DNA of 64,000 nt from an uncultured delta proteobacterium (GTDB lineage: Bacteria > Desulfobacterota > Binatia > UBA9968), in contig CAVUZH010000024.1 of the NCBI GenBank assembly GCA_963745835.1, positions 224,001 to 288,000 on the forward strand. The letters run 5' to 3'. Below, in pieces: positions 11,430-21,866 of this stretch. The notes below the pieces were generated by a model, which was not told the origin of the DNA, did not search any database, and saw only the letters and a program-made list of their open reading frames with translations. A program made the position numbers and the translations under genes. The first letter of the stretch is position 1; each line of letters starts with the position of its first letter.

Positions 11430-14400
11430 ATGCAAGCCATTCTCGGCCCCTTTCATCCGCATCTGGAGAACTCGCTCATCGAAGAGATTTTAGAGTATAA
11501 AAACACCGACCCGCTCTGTCGGCTGCTGATTCTGATTCCGTCCGATGCTCTACGGCGACACCTAAAAGTTCTGCTAACCAGGGAACGAAACCTATCCTTT
11601 GTAAATCTGCAACTGCTGACGTTTCATCAGCTGGCGGCTAAGTTGTACGCGGAAGCCAACGGACTGAATCCGCCGGTCTTGCGCGATGACCTTTTTCTTG
11701 AAGAAGTGTTGCGTCAAATTATCCGCGCGCGCCACCCCGGCGCGGCAGTCTTCAGCGGCATCGAGGAACGCGCCGGCGGCTGCGCCGCGCTCTGGCAAAG
11801 CCTCAGAGATCTTCGCGATGGACTGGTACAGCCGGATGTCGGGCTGGAAGCATTGCGTGAGAACCAATTCGATCCGCGAACCCGAGAGAGGACGGCCAAT
11901 CTCCTAGTGTTGCTTCAAACGCTTCTTCGCTTCTGCCAAGAGCGCGGCATCCTGGATCATTCCACCTTCGACAAATTCGCAATCGCGAAAGCACCGGCTT
12001 CGGGTTTTTTAGGCCAGTTCGCGCGGATTTTCTATTACGGCTTTTACGATCTCACCCAGATTCAGGTGGATCTCGTTCATGCAGTCGGCCAAACCTTTCC
12101 TACGACGCTGTTCTTTCCTCTCCTAAAGACACAGCCGGCGCATGAAGGTTGGCAATTCGCCGAGCGCTTTTACTCCGAGTACTTCCAGGGGCGGGCCGGT
12201 AACGAGGAGACAAAGAATCTTCTGTTGGAGTGCGATCACCCTGCTGAGTTGCCGCAAAGTTTCGCTGTTTTTGATCAGGACCCTGATCGGCAATACCGAT
12301 GCTTGCCGGCCGATTGGCACTGCCGGATCATCAATACCTTTGGCATTGACGATGAGATCAGCGCGGTGGCCAAGGAGATCCTGCTCCTCACCGAGCAGGA
12401 CGGCATGGCATTCGATCAGATCGGCGTGGTCGCGCGAACTCTGGATGGCTATGGCGCAAAGATCAAAGAGATCTTTGCCCAACATCAAATTCCAATCACC
12501 GGTTCCGTTGAGGAAGAGCTAGTGCAGTTTCCTTTGACCAAGGCTGCCATCCTGCTGATGAATCTCGCGGCCAAAGATTACCTGCGTTCGCATGTGATCG
12601 ATCTCTTGTCGTCGCCCTATTTTCGCTTGGATGGCGCGGCACAGGAGGCAAACGAGCCTCGTCCCGATCTTTGGGATCTGGCCACCCGAGAGCTGGCGAT
12701 CTGCAGAGGAATGAAGGAATGGCACAGGATCGACCGTTTTGCCGTGGAAGGCATGAAGCTGTCGCAGATATCCGATGACGAGGAGCGGCGCTTTATTGAA
12801 ATTCCTGCAGCCCAGTTGCGCGACCTGGCGACTATTCTCGACGGCCTTGATAAGGCTTTGAGCCGCTTGCCGGCGCGTGCTTCCTGGGCTGGTTACGCTG
12901 CTTCATGGAAGCAAATGTTCGGTGCCTATCTAGGAATCCAGCCTGAGCCTTCCAGAAATTTTAACAGCACTGAGATTTTGATCTGTAAGCAGATCATCGA
13001 GACTCTAGATCAAATCTCCGGCCTGGACGTGGTCGAGGCCGATGTTTCGCTGCGCGAGTTCAGCGAGACCTTTCAGCACTGGCTCGAGCGCAGCGCCATC
13101 GTGGAAACCGATAAAAATGTCGCCGGCGTAGCCGTGTCGAGCGCCAGCGCCGCTCGCGGGATAAAATTTCGCGCGCTGTTTATCGTCGGCATGAACGAAG
13201 GCGTTTTTCCACGCACAATTCGCGAAGACGCGTTTCTGCGCGATCGCGATCGCGAGGTGCTGGAGCGCGATCTCGGCTACAAGGTCAGCCAGAAACTGGC
13301 CGCGTTCGACGAAGAGAAGCTGGTGTTTACCCTTCTCGTCAATTCCGTCACCGACCGGCTCTATTGTTTGTACCAGCGCTCTGATGAAAGCGGCAGAGTG
13401 CTGGCGCCGTCATGGTATCTGGCCGAGCTCAAGCGCTCTCTCTCAGGCGCGCAGCAGAGACAATTCGTCGAAGAGACGATCCCGCGCAGCGCCATCGACA
13501 AAGTGAGTTGCCGGCCGTTCGATGTCGAAGAATCGCTGCTGCCGGCCGAGCTCGCTATTCGTCTCAATCTTTCCGGGACAGATTCGCGATCTTTAATTGC
13601 AGCAGCCAATCTCTCGCCCAGTCTGTACGAGCAAGGACTGAAAGCCATCGCCGCCTTGGATCTCAGCACGGACCGGCTCGATGTTTTCGACGGGATGATT
13701 CAAACACCGGCAAGACACTGGCTGCGCTTTTCAAAGCACGGCCTCTCGCCCACCGCATTGGAGCTTTACGGGCGCTGCCCGTTTCAGTATTTCGCGCGCC
13801 AGGTGCTTGGACTCCAGACTTTGGAGACGCCGGAAACTGTTGCGGGGCCAAGCGCGGCGGAATGGGGAGAGCTCGGTCATTTGATTTTGAAACTGACCTA
13901 CCAGGAACTTATCGGTGCCGGTTACTTCGCAAATAACGAGTCTCACGTCGCTGTTGATCCGATTATCAGCGCCGCCGCGCAAAAAGCTTTCACCGAGTAT
14001 GAGGCTGAGAATCCCGTTGGATATCCTCTGATGTGGGAGACGGTGCGCGAGACGCTGACTGAGCTGATTAGAGAGGTTGTCTGGCGCGACCTAGAGGAGC
14101 TTGCATCTTCGGGTTATGTCCCAGTGGATCTGGAGATTGGCATGGACGATCGGTTGCCGCCAGATTGGCCCGACCCGTTGAACACGCTCGCCATCCACGG
14201 GCGCATGGATCGCATCGATATCGATCCTAGGGGTAATCGGATGCGGGTCATAGATTACAAGTTTAAATTCGGCGCCAAACCTTCGCCAGAAGACAACGAC
14301 CTATCCCGTTCCGCATTGCGCGCACAGCGACTTCAGCCGCCGTTTTATTCTTTGCTCGGCCAGGCAAAGCGGCGCCGCGACAGTTTACATGATGCCGAAA

Positions 14401-14705
14401 GCCAAATCGAAGCAAGTTTTTACTACATCGCCTCGCGCTGGAGCGAGGGTCCATTGGTTATCAAATCCTTCAATAGCGAAGAATTAACCGGCAAGATGGG
14501 CGCGGAGATAAGAAATAGCATAGCTCAACTAGCCAAGGGTATTCACTCCGGCCAATTCTTCATGCAACCGGGAGAGCATTGTCCACACTGCGAGGTGGCG
14601 GAGATCTGTCGCAAAAATCACCCGCCGAGTCTCTGGCGCACGGAAAACGATCCGCTCACCGCTCCGCATCGGCAGTTGCGCCAGAAAGATCTCAAAAAAT
14701 GTTAA
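11430..14705 (+). CDS. addB: AddB/RexB-like helicase-nuclease subunit with PD-(D/E)XK nuclease and Fe-S cysteines
   Basis: LSPTALELYGRCPFQYF, HGRMDRID, VIDYK, CPHCEVAEIC; overlaps addA start. Confidence 0.82.
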   Translation: MQAILGPFHPHLENSLIEEILEYKNTDPLCRLLILIPSDALRRHLKVLLTRERNLSFVNLQLLTFHQLAAKLYAEANGLNPPVLRDDLFLEEVLRQIIRARHPGAAVFSGIEERAGGCAALWQSLRDLRDGLVQPDVGLEALRENQFDPRTRERTANLLVLLQTLLRFCQERGILDHSTFDKFAIAKAPASGFLGQFARIFYYGFYDLTQIQVDLVHAVGQTFPTTLFFPLLKTQPAHEGWQFAERFYSEYFQGRAGNEETKNLLLECDHPAELPQSFAVFDQDPDRQYRCLPADWHCRIINTFGIDDEISAVAKEILLLTEQDGMAFDQIGVVARTLDGYGAKIKEIFAQHQIPITGSVEEELVQFPLTKAAILLMNLAAKDYLRSHVIDLLSSPYFRLDGAAQEANEPRPDLWDLATRELAICRGMKEWHRIDRFAVEGMKLSQISDDEERRFIEIPAAQLRDLATILDGLDKALSRLPARASWAGYAASWKQMFGAYLGIQPEPSRNFNSTEILICKQIIETLDQISGLDVVEADVSLREFSETFQHWLERSAIVETDKNVAGVAVSSASAARGIKFRALFIVGMNEGVFPRTIREDAFLRDRDREVLERDLGYKVSQKLAAFDEEKLVFTLLVNSVTDRLYCLYQRSDESGRVLAPSWYLAELKRSLSGAQQRQFVEETIPRSAIDKVSCRPFDVEESLLPAELAIRLNLSGTDSRSLIAAANLSPSLYEQGLKAIAALDLSTDRLDVFDGMIQTPARHWLRFSKHGLSPTALELYGRCPFQYFARQVLGLQTLETPETVAGPSAAEWGELGHLILKLTYQELIGAGYFANNESHVAVDPIISAAAQKAFTEYEAENPVGYPLMWETVRETLTELIREVVWRDLEELASSGYVPVDLEIGMDDRLPPDWPDPLNTLAIHGRMDRIDIDPRGNRMRVIDYKFKFGAKPSPEDNDLSRSALRAQRLQPPFYSLLGQAKRRRDSLHDAESQIEASFYYIASRWSEGPLVIKSFNSEELTGKMGAEIRNSIAQLAKGIHSGQFFMQPGEHCPHCEVAEICRKNHPPSLWRTENDPLTAPHRQLRQKDLKKC

Positions 14706-17700
14706 CCGCGAAGGCAATGGCTACCGATCTCGCCGATGCGCTCGACCGCCGCACCGCCGTTGGGACTTTCGATCGCAATCTGGTAGTCACCGCTGGGGCC
14801 GGCACGGGCAAGACAACTCTCCTGGTCGACCGGATCGTCCATCTATTGTTGCGCAGTCCGGACCCTCTCCAGATGACCGACATCGTCGCGCTGACTTTTA
14901 CCAATAAGGCTGCCAACGAGATCAAGCATCGGCTACGCGATCGGCTTCAAGCGTACCTGGAGGCAGATCTGCGAATCGAACCTATCCAGGAAGAGCAGAC
15001 GAAACTGCAACAACAGATCGAAAGCCTGATGGATACTTACAGGCTGTCAAAGGCCGAGCTCGATCGGCGGGTCCAGGAGGCACTGCGCAATCTCGAGCGC
15101 GCCGAGATCGGCACGATTCATAGCTTTGCTGCGACGTTGCTACGCCTTTTTCCACTGGAAGCCGGGGTTGATCCGCAGTTTCACGAAGACGACGGCAAAC
15201 AGTTCCGACGTCTTTTCGACCAACAGTGGCATCTCTGGCTCGATCAGGAGCTCGCGCTCGAGAGCCCTCGCGCCGGCGATTGGCGCAAGGCGCTCAAACA
15301 GTTGACCCTTGAGCAGATTAAAGATCTGGCTAGATCTTTATGCTCGGAATCTGTTCAGCTAGAGCCGCCCCGAGCGAAGCAACCGGGAGATGCCGCGTTG
15401 CGCGCATGGTTGCGCTCACTGCTCGATAGCGCCGCCAGCTTGAGCAAACGCCATCCGGCAGATCGCAACAATGAGAAGCTCGTCCGCGCCGCCCAACTGA
15501 TTATTCAGCCGTTTATCGACGGCGGTGATTCAACCGGGACGGCTTTAGCCGAACAAAGGGCGTGTTTACTGGAGCACTCCATCAACCGGGATACCAAAGG
15601 CTGGACCGAAGCGGATCTTAAACAAGCGCACAGCTTAGTCAGCGCGGCAAAAGGCCTGTGCAGAGTCGATGCAGCTTTGACTCATCTGATTTGGGAACTC
15701 CTCGCGCCCTACGCCGCTCGGTTCCGTGAAATTCTTGTTCATGAAGGTTTTATTTCATTCGATGGACTGCTGATTCGCGCGCGCAATTTGGTGCGCGACC
15801 ATCTGCGCGTGCGCGAGGAATTAAAACGGCAATACCGCACGTTTCTCATCGATGAATTCCAAGACACCGATCCGATTCAGTACGAGATCCTGCTTTACCT
15901 GGCTGAACAGCCCGGCACTACGGCGACAAATTGGCGCAAGGTGAAACTTACCGCCGGCAAAGTTTTCGTGGTGGGCGATCCCAAGCAATCGATCTACGCA
16001 TTCCGGCGCGCCGATATCGAGGCGTATCTGGAAGTGGGCGAGAAAATCATCAAAGCGCAAAATGGCACTGAATGTCATTTGCTTACAAACTTTCGGAGTC
16101 ATAGGGCAATTATCGATGTCGTCAACGGGGTGTTTTCATCGCTGATCCAACCGCAACCCGGTATGCAGCCGCCCTACATCGGAATTCAGCCGGCGCCCCG
16201 GCGCGATTCGCATGGCCTGGTTGGTAACCGTAAGCCTTTGCCAAAAGCGCTGGTGCGAAAAATCATTGCGCCGGATGGAGACGTCAGCGCCGAGACCGCT
16301 CGTCGTCTCGAGGGCGAAAGCCTGGCCGATTGGCTGCATGATCAAGTGTTGGAGAACGCCAGCTTTGTCAATGCCAAAGGCGAGCGGGTTCTGGCGCAGC
16401 CGAAAGACGTTGCGATCCTCTTCCGGAAGCTCACCGACATCCATGACTACCTCGAACCGCTTCGCCGCCGGGGCATCCGTTACGTGGTCGAAGGCGAGCG
16501 CCATTTCTACGCCGCGAAAGAGATCATCGATGCGGTCAACTTGCTCCGCGCCATCGAAAATCCCAATGATCGCCTGGCATTGGTCGGCGTGCTGCGCTCG
16601 CCTATCGGTGGTTTGACCGATCAAAGCATCTACGATCTGCACTGCGACAATCTGCTGGATTACCGGCTTTCAGAACAGCTTGGCGGCAAAAATTATCCAC
16701 CCACGCTGGCGCAACTTTATGGCGCGTTAGCCAAACTGCACGCCGAGTGCGGCAGGCTGCCGGTTGGTGCCGCCGTGTCCCGTATCTTCGAATCCCTGCC
16801 GCTGAGGCTTTTGGCCGCCTGCTATTTTCATGGCGAACAGGCCGTGGCCAACATTGACAAGCTCCGACGGCACGCCGAAATTCTGGGGCGCGAAGATAGC
16901 TCGATGACATTCAAAGCGGCTATTCGACAGCTGCAGCAGCGCGTGCTCGATGTCGAAGAAGAAGGCGAAAGCGTGCTCGCCGAAGAAGATGTCGATGCCG
17001 TGCGCATCATGAGTGTCCACAAGTCCAAGGGACTCGAGTTTCCCATAGTGGTTCTGGCCGGCTGTCATGCCGGCATCAATGGCCAGCAGAGGCGGCCGGC
17101 AGAAGCGCTGTTTGATTGGTCCACCGGCCTGACCGGAATTCGTGTTGGCTCGTTCACAGATTTAGCCGGAGTGTACATCTCTGAAAAAAATCGCTTGCGG
17201 GCCGAAGAAGAAACCAAGCGAGTACTCTATGTCGCGATGACCCGCGCTCGAGAGCATTTGATCATTTCGAGCGGCCCCAGCGCCAGGAAATCGACCGGCA
17301 ATTTTGTTGCCATGTTGGATGAAGCAGCACAAGATCAAATCGGCCGCGCCGAACAGTCAACCACCATCGAGATCGGCCCCGGCAGATTAGCAGTTGAACT
17401 GGTCGAGGCGAGCCTTACCGCCCCGGGGGCCGGCACCAGCAAGAAAAAGCCTCTGGGCAGAAAACGCGAGTGGCAGGATTACATGGAGATCTGGCGCCGC
17501 CGTGAACGAAACCACCAAGCAACTTTACAGTCAGCGACCTTTGTCACGCCCACCTCGCTCAAACGGCAGGAGCAAGAGATCACCGAAGCCGCTGTGACAA
17601 CTCAGGCTTTCACGCAAGAACGCACGCCGGCAATGCTCATCGGCCAGCTGGCGCACCAATTTCTCGAAAACTGGGATTTTGGCGGCGACAAAAATTTGCT

Positions 17701-18142
17701 GCGACATCAACTCGGTGCTTTTCTCAGTGCATCACTCTCAGCCGAATACAGCCAAGACGCAGGCAGCATAGGTGAAGAACTGCAGGCAATCTTGGAACGA
17801 TTTATAAATTCGCCTATCTATGCTGAATTGCGGAGGGCTCGGATCCTCGGCCGCGAAGTGCCGCTGTTGATGCCCTGGAACGGCCAGATCATGGAAGGGG
17901 TCATCGATCTTATCTATGAGCGCAACGGCCTGCTTTATCTGGCCGACTATAAAACAGACAGGGCGGCAGCAAAAGATTTGCGTTTCGGCGCGGAACGCTA
18001 CCGCCGGCAAGCCGAAATCTATTCCGAAGCCGCGCGCCGGAGCTTGAAACGAGAAGTCGCGGCTTTCAAACTGATATTTTTGCGCTTAGGCGAGACCGTC
18101 GAGGTCGATTTCAATCCAGAAAAGGAGCTGTGGCTTTTCTAG
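14699..18142 (+). CDS. addA: AddA/RexA-like UvrD helicase-nuclease
   Basis: AGAGTGKT, TFTNKAA, IDEFQD, GDPKQSIY, HKSKGLEF, YVAMTRA, C-terminal EGVIDL...ADYKT nuclease. Confidence 0.88.
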   Translation: MLTAKAMATDLADALDRRTAVGTFDRNLVVTAGAGTGKTTLLVDRIVHLLLRSPDPLQMTDIVALTFTNKAANEIKHRLRDRLQAYLEADLRIEPIQEEQTKLQQQIESLMDTYRLSKAELDRRVQEALRNLERAEIGTIHSFAATLLRLFPLEAGVDPQFHEDDGKQFRRLFDQQWHLWLDQELALESPRAGDWRKALKQLTLEQIKDLARSLCSESVQLEPPRAKQPGDAALRAWLRSLLDSAASLSKRHPADRNNEKLVRAAQLIIQPFIDGGDSTGTALAEQRACLLEHSINRDTKGWTEADLKQAHSLVSAAKGLCRVDAALTHLIWELLAPYAARFREILVHEGFISFDGLLIRARNLVRDHLRVREELKRQYRTFLIDEFQDTDPIQYEILLYLAEQPGTTATNWRKVKLTAGKVFVVGDPKQSIYAFRRADIEAYLEVGEKIIKAQNGTECHLLTNFRSHRAIIDVVNGVFSSLIQPQPGMQPPYIGIQPAPRRDSHGLVGNRKPLPKALVRKIIAPDGDVSAETARRLEGESLADWLHDQVLENASFVNAKGERVLAQPKDVAILFRKLTDIHDYLEPLRRRGIRYVVEGERHFYAAKEIIDAVNLLRAIENPNDRLALVGVLRSPIGGLTDQSIYDLHCDNLLDYRLSEQLGGKNYPPTLAQLYGALAKLHAECGRLPVGAAVSRIFESLPLRLLAACYFHGEQAVANIDKLRRHAEILGREDSSMTFKAAIRQLQQRVLDVEEEGESVLAEEDVDAVRIMSVHKSKGLEFPIVVLAGCHAGINGQQRRPAEALFDWSTGLTGIRVGSFTDLAGVYISEKNRLRAEEETKRVLYVAMTRAREHLIISSGPSARKSTGNFVAMLDEAAQDQIGRAEQSTTIEIGPGRLAVELVEASLTAPGAGTSKKKPLGRKREWQDYMEIWRRRERNHQATLQSATFVTPTSLKRQEQEITEAAVTTQAFTQERTPAMLIGQLAHQFLENWDFGGDKNLLRHQLGAFLSASLSAEYSQDAGSIGEELQAILERFINSPIYAELRRARILGREVPLLMPWNGQIMEGVIDLIYERNGLLYLADYKTDRAAAKDLRFGAERYRRQAEIYSEAARRSLKREVAAFKLIFLRLGETVEVDFNPEKELWLF

Positions 18143-18781
18143 ATGTCATCCCTGAAAATTTTCTTTTTCGATATCGAAACCATCCCCACGGATCAGTCGG
18201 TTCTCGATCATAACCTGCTGGCTGCGCAAATGCGTCTCGATGAACCGGAGATTATCAAAAAGCTTAGTCTATCGGCCGCCACGGCACGCATCCTATGCCT
18301 GGCCTATGCGATCGAACCGGAAATCGATTCTCCCGTCGAAATACTGCACGGTACCGAGCCCGAAATCCTCAGCAGCTTCTGGCAGCTTGCCGCAGATTGT
18401 CATTTGTTCGTGGGGCACAATATTCTTGACTTCGACCTGCGTTTTATCTACCAGCGTTCGATCATCAATAGGATTAGACCTTCGCGGGAGATCCCCCTTG
18501 CGCGATTTCGTAACAATCCCGTTTACGACACAATGCATGAATGGAGTAAATGGGGACGCGAACACGTGAGCCTGGATCTTCTAGCGCGCGCGCTCGGAAT
18601 TCCATCGCCGAAAGAAAGTTTGGACGGCTCGAAAGTATATCCCTACTTTTGCGCGGGAAAACTGCCGGACATCTGCGACTACTGCAAACGCGATGTGGAG
18701 ACCGTGCGCCAGGTGTACCGCCGTTTAATCTTTGCGGAAAGCGATCAACCTATGATCCCGCCGTTAGATGTTCCCGAATAA
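18143..18781 (+). CDS. DEDD 3'-5' exonuclease (PolB-exonuclease-related)
   Basis: FFDIET (Exo I), GHNILDFD (Exo II), YCKRDV (Exo III); starts at the base after the addA stop. Confidence 0.85.
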   Translation: MSSLKIFFFDIETIPTDQSVLDHNLLAAQMRLDEPEIIKKLSLSAATARILCLAYAIEPEIDSPVEILHGTEPEILSSFWQLAADCHLFVGHNILDFDLRFIYQRSIINRIRPSREIPLARFRNNPVYDTMHEWSKWGREHVSLDLLARALGIPSPKESLDGSKVYPYFCAGKLPDICDYCKRDVETVRQVYRRLIFAESDQPMIPPLDVPE

Positions 18782-18912
18782 AGGTGTTCCGCACTGACCT
18801 GTTCTCCATGTTGCGTTGCCCTGCCCGCCGCTCGTTGAGGACTTCTTACCTTAAATAAACATATTCGACATAGATCTCTGAGGATGCACGATTTACCTAT
18901 CGAGCAAAACGC

Positions 18913-19509
18913 TCAGACGCTGCCGCTCTGGGGAATGAATTTTAACGCCACGCCGTTGTTGCACCAGCGTTGACCTGTAGGCTTCGGGCCATCGCTGAAT
19001 AAATGACCATGATGTCCACCGCAGCGGATGCAGTGATATTCGGTACGCGGCAGGATTAACTTGTAATCAGTGCGGGTACCGAACACGCCTGGAATCGTCG
19101 TGAAGAAACTCGGCCAGCCGGTGCCGCTTTCGTATTTCATCGCCGATGTAAAGAGTGGCAGGCTGCAAGCCGCGCAAACGAAAACACCCGGCCGTTTCTC
19201 ATCGTTGAGCGCGCTGGTGCCGGGAGCTTCGGTGCCCTCTTCGCGCAAGATCTGAAATTGCGCGGAATCTAAACGTTTACGCCACTCGTCTTTGGATAAC
19301 TTGAGCGGCTCGGATGCCGAGGGCGATTTGAAATCCTTGGCAAGCAACCCTCGCCAATTCTTCTGCATATTCTCGATATCTTTCATCGACGCTGCTTGTC
19401 CGGCAAAGCCGCTGTTTCTGAACACATGCCAAACACCGGCAGCAACCACCGCTTGCAACAGTTTCCGTCTTGTCATCATAGCCATGGCTAGGATTCCTTT
19501 CGCTTCCAT
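18913..19509 (-). CDS. msrB: Methionine-R-sulfoxide reductase with Tat signal peptide
   Basis: TRRKLL twin-arginine motif, CAAC and CIRC zinc ligands, SGTGWPSF, GHHGH, RWCNN. Confidence 0.93.
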   Translation of the reverse strand: MEAKGILAMAMMTRRKLLQAVVAAGVWHVFRNSGFAGQAASMKDIENMQKNWRGLLAKDFKSPSASEPLKLSKDEWRKRLDSAQFQILREEGTEAPGTSALNDEKRPGVFVCAACSLPLFTSAMKYESGTGWPSFFTTIPGVFGTRTDYKLILPRTEYHCIRCGGHHGHLFSDGPKPTGQRWCNNGVALKFIPQSGSV

Positions 19510-19619
19510 CTTGCGCTTTCAACTTTGATCTGACCGGCCCATATTATCACGAATACCAGGTGTCAGTATCGTGCCAAGGGGCAGTTTTACCGGCCGCGCG
19601 GCATGCTAGACTATTCATC

Positions 19620-21206
19620 ATGAATTTTTCTGAATTCGCCGCCCTTTGCTATCAGTTGGAGCAGACCTCGAGCCGGTTGACGAAGGTTGACTTGGCTGCG
19701 GAGTATCTCAAGCGGCTCGACGGCAAGGAGATTCGCCATGGCATCGCATTTTTGTCGGGACGTTCGTTTCCGGTATCCGATTCACGGACGTTGGATATCG
19801 GACCGGGAGCCTTTGCTCATGCTTCCGATACTCCGGAACTTGAAAACTCCGTCTCACCCGAATTGACACTCGTAGATATCGCCGACAGCTTCTCCGCTAT
19901 TGCCGAAGCCAACGGCAAAGGATCTCGGAGCGCGAAGTATGCGCGCCTGAGGGAGCTCGTCGAGATGACCGGCAGTCGAGAACGCCCCATTCTCTTTCGC
20001 CTTCTGCACAATGAGTTACGTATCGGCCTGCACGACGGCCTGATCCAGGAAGCGATCGCCCGCGCCTCGGGTGCGGACTTAAAAACAGTGCGCCGCGCTG
20101 CGCTCTTTCTATCTGATCTGGCGGAGGTGGCATCGATCGCGCTAACCCAGGGAGGCGCGGCCCTCCAGGAAGTTGATATTAAACTGTTCGTGCCGCTTCT
20201 GCCGATGCTCTCAGAGTTATCGGAAGATTTCGACGGCGTGCTTGCCGCCCATGGCGGTAGCACCGCATTTGAGTTCAAGTACGACGGCGCCCGGGTGCAA
20301 ATCCACAAAGACGGCAGTCAGGTTCGCATCTGGAGCCGGCGTCTTACCGAAGTGACAGGCAGCCTGCCGGAGATCGCGCAGCTCGTCCGCAGTGATCTAA
20401 TTGGCGATTCCTTTATTCTCGATGGCGAAGTTGTCGCGGTGGGCAAAGACGGCCGGCCGTTCCCGTTTCAAGAACTCATGCGCCGTTTCAGACGGATCCA
20501 CAACATCGAAGCGGCCGCCATCGACATTCCTTTGCACTTACATCTGTTCGATTGCCTACTTCTGAACGGCGCCTCATTGATCGACGAGTCTTATGAACGC
20601 CGCTGGCAAACGCTCGCTAAAATCACCGAAGGCAAACATCTAGCGCGCCGTCAAATTACTTCCGACAAGGTGCTGGCGGAGAGCTTTCTCAAAGACGCTC
20701 TTACGGCGGGTCATGAAGGATTGATGGCCAAGGCGCTGAGCAGCCCCTATACGCCGGGCAATCGCGGCAAGCTCTGGTTCAAAATAAAGCCAGCTGAAAC
20801 GGTCGATTGCGCAATTATCGCCGCCGATCGCGGCTCGGGTCGCCGGCGCGGTTGGTTGTCCAACTATCATCTTGCCGTAGCTGATGGCGAGGGCGGATTC
20901 GCGCCGGTGGGAAAAACCTTCAAAGGCCTGACCGACAAGCAATTTACCGAAATGACCGCGCGGCTTCAGGCGTTACAGATCGCTGATGATGGCTATACGG
21001 TTAGCGTCAAACCGGAGGTCGTCGTCGAGGTAGCGTATAATGAGATCCAGCATAGTCCACAGTACAGTTCCAAGTTCGCTCTGCGCTTTGCCCGAATCAA
21101 AAGGATCCGGGACGATAAGAACGTCGATCAAATCACCACGTTGACTGAACTGCAGAATCTTTACGATCGGCAATTTGTCAGCAAGAGCAAACGAACAGAG
21201 CTTTGA
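19620..21206 (+). CDS. ligB: ATP-dependent DNA ligase (LigB/archaeal type with N-terminal DNA-binding domain)
   Basis: EFKYDGAR adenylation motif, LDGEVV, LFDCL, EGLMAK, WFKIK, LRFAR. Confidence 0.92.
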   Translation: MNFSEFAALCYQLEQTSSRLTKVDLAAEYLKRLDGKEIRHGIAFLSGRSFPVSDSRTLDIGPGAFAHASDTPELENSVSPELTLVDIADSFSAIAEANGKGSRSAKYARLRELVEMTGSRERPILFRLLHNELRIGLHDGLIQEAIARASGADLKTVRRAALFLSDLAEVASIALTQGGAALQEVDIKLFVPLLPMLSELSEDFDGVLAAHGGSTAFEFKYDGARVQIHKDGSQVRIWSRRLTEVTGSLPEIAQLVRSDLIGDSFILDGEVVAVGKDGRPFPFQELMRRFRRIHNIEAAAIDIPLHLHLFDCLLLNGASLIDESYERRWQTLAKITEGKHLARRQITSDKVLAESFLKDALTAGHEGLMAKALSSPYTPGNRGKLWFKIKPAETVDCAIIAADRGSGRRRGWLSNYHLAVADGEGGFAPVGKTFKGLTDKQFTEMTARLQALQIADDGYTVSVKPEVVVEVAYNEIQHSPQYSSKFALRFARIKRIRDDKNVDQITTLTELQNLYDRQFVSKSKRTEL

Positions 21207-21215
21207 TTGCAAGGC

Positions 21216-21344
21216 GTTCCAGTAGTTCCAATTGTTCCAATGTTCCAATTGTCCAACAGTTCCAAACAAGTGGGATCGGTAAACGTGAGCATTGGAACAT
21301 ATTGAACCATTGGAACGACTCGAACCGCTGGAACGGTTGGAACG
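21216..21344. repeat. Period-9 inverted micro-repeat array (GTTCCA x6 / TGGAAC-like x6)
   Basis: Six gttccaNNN-like units, ~22-nt spacer, six NNNtggaac-like units between convergent genes. Confidence 0.85.
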
Positions 21345-21349
21345 CTTTT

Positions 21350-21679
21350 CTACGCTCCGTCTGTGAGATGCACCACCAGCCAGATCGTTTCCGGCCCGGT
21401 CTCATCGACCCGATGCCGCGCGTGCGGCGGAATGGCCAGGTAATCGCCTTCGTTCAATTCAAGCCGCTCGCCGCCCTCAAACGCCAGTACTGCATGACCG
21501 CGAACCAGCAGCACCCATTCCGTGTACGATTGTTCGTACCAGAACTCCTCCGGGCTCTTGGCCGCATTAGAAACGATCCGCTGAACTTTCACCGTTTCAG
21601 TTTCGAGCAAGGTTAGAAATTCCTCGGAACCGATCGCGCCTGCGCTGGGACTTAAAATGTTTTCCACTTGGATGCTCAT
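21350..21679 (-). CDS. Cupin domain protein
   Basis: ERI-like VQRIVS, WYEQSYTEWVLLVRG, IPPHARHRV. Confidence 0.85.
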   Translation of the reverse strand: MSIQVENILSPSAGAIGSEEFLTLLETETVKVQRIVSNAAKSPEEFWYEQSYTEWVLLVRGHAVLAFEGGERLELNEGDYLAIPPHARHRVDETGPETIWLVVHLTDGA

Positions 21680-21866
21680 AACGGCGATGTAATCCTTTGC
21701 TAGTGTCCGGTTGTGCAGTCCCTTTATATTTTCGGCGTCATCGGCGCCAACTCCGGCAAGAACCGGCTCCTCTTTGGGCTAGACGCCCACCGCACACGAG
21801 CGAAGGATCTCACGCGTCCAGGCTGGCTGTCTCGGCGATGAAAGTTTACCTTCTTGCATCAGCTAT

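Noticed and set aside
11430-14705. Cas4 or defence nuclease
   Set aside because: The Cas4-like Fe-S nuclease domain is the normal C-terminus of AddB, paired with AddA
21216-21344. CRISPR array
   Set aside because: Units are 9 bp, inverted and lack unique spacers; no cas genes in the window
21178-21616. ORFs with WNNWN-like or FQ-repeat peptides (also the N-terminal extension at 43171)
   Set aside because: These are translations of the non-coding 9-bp repeat arrays
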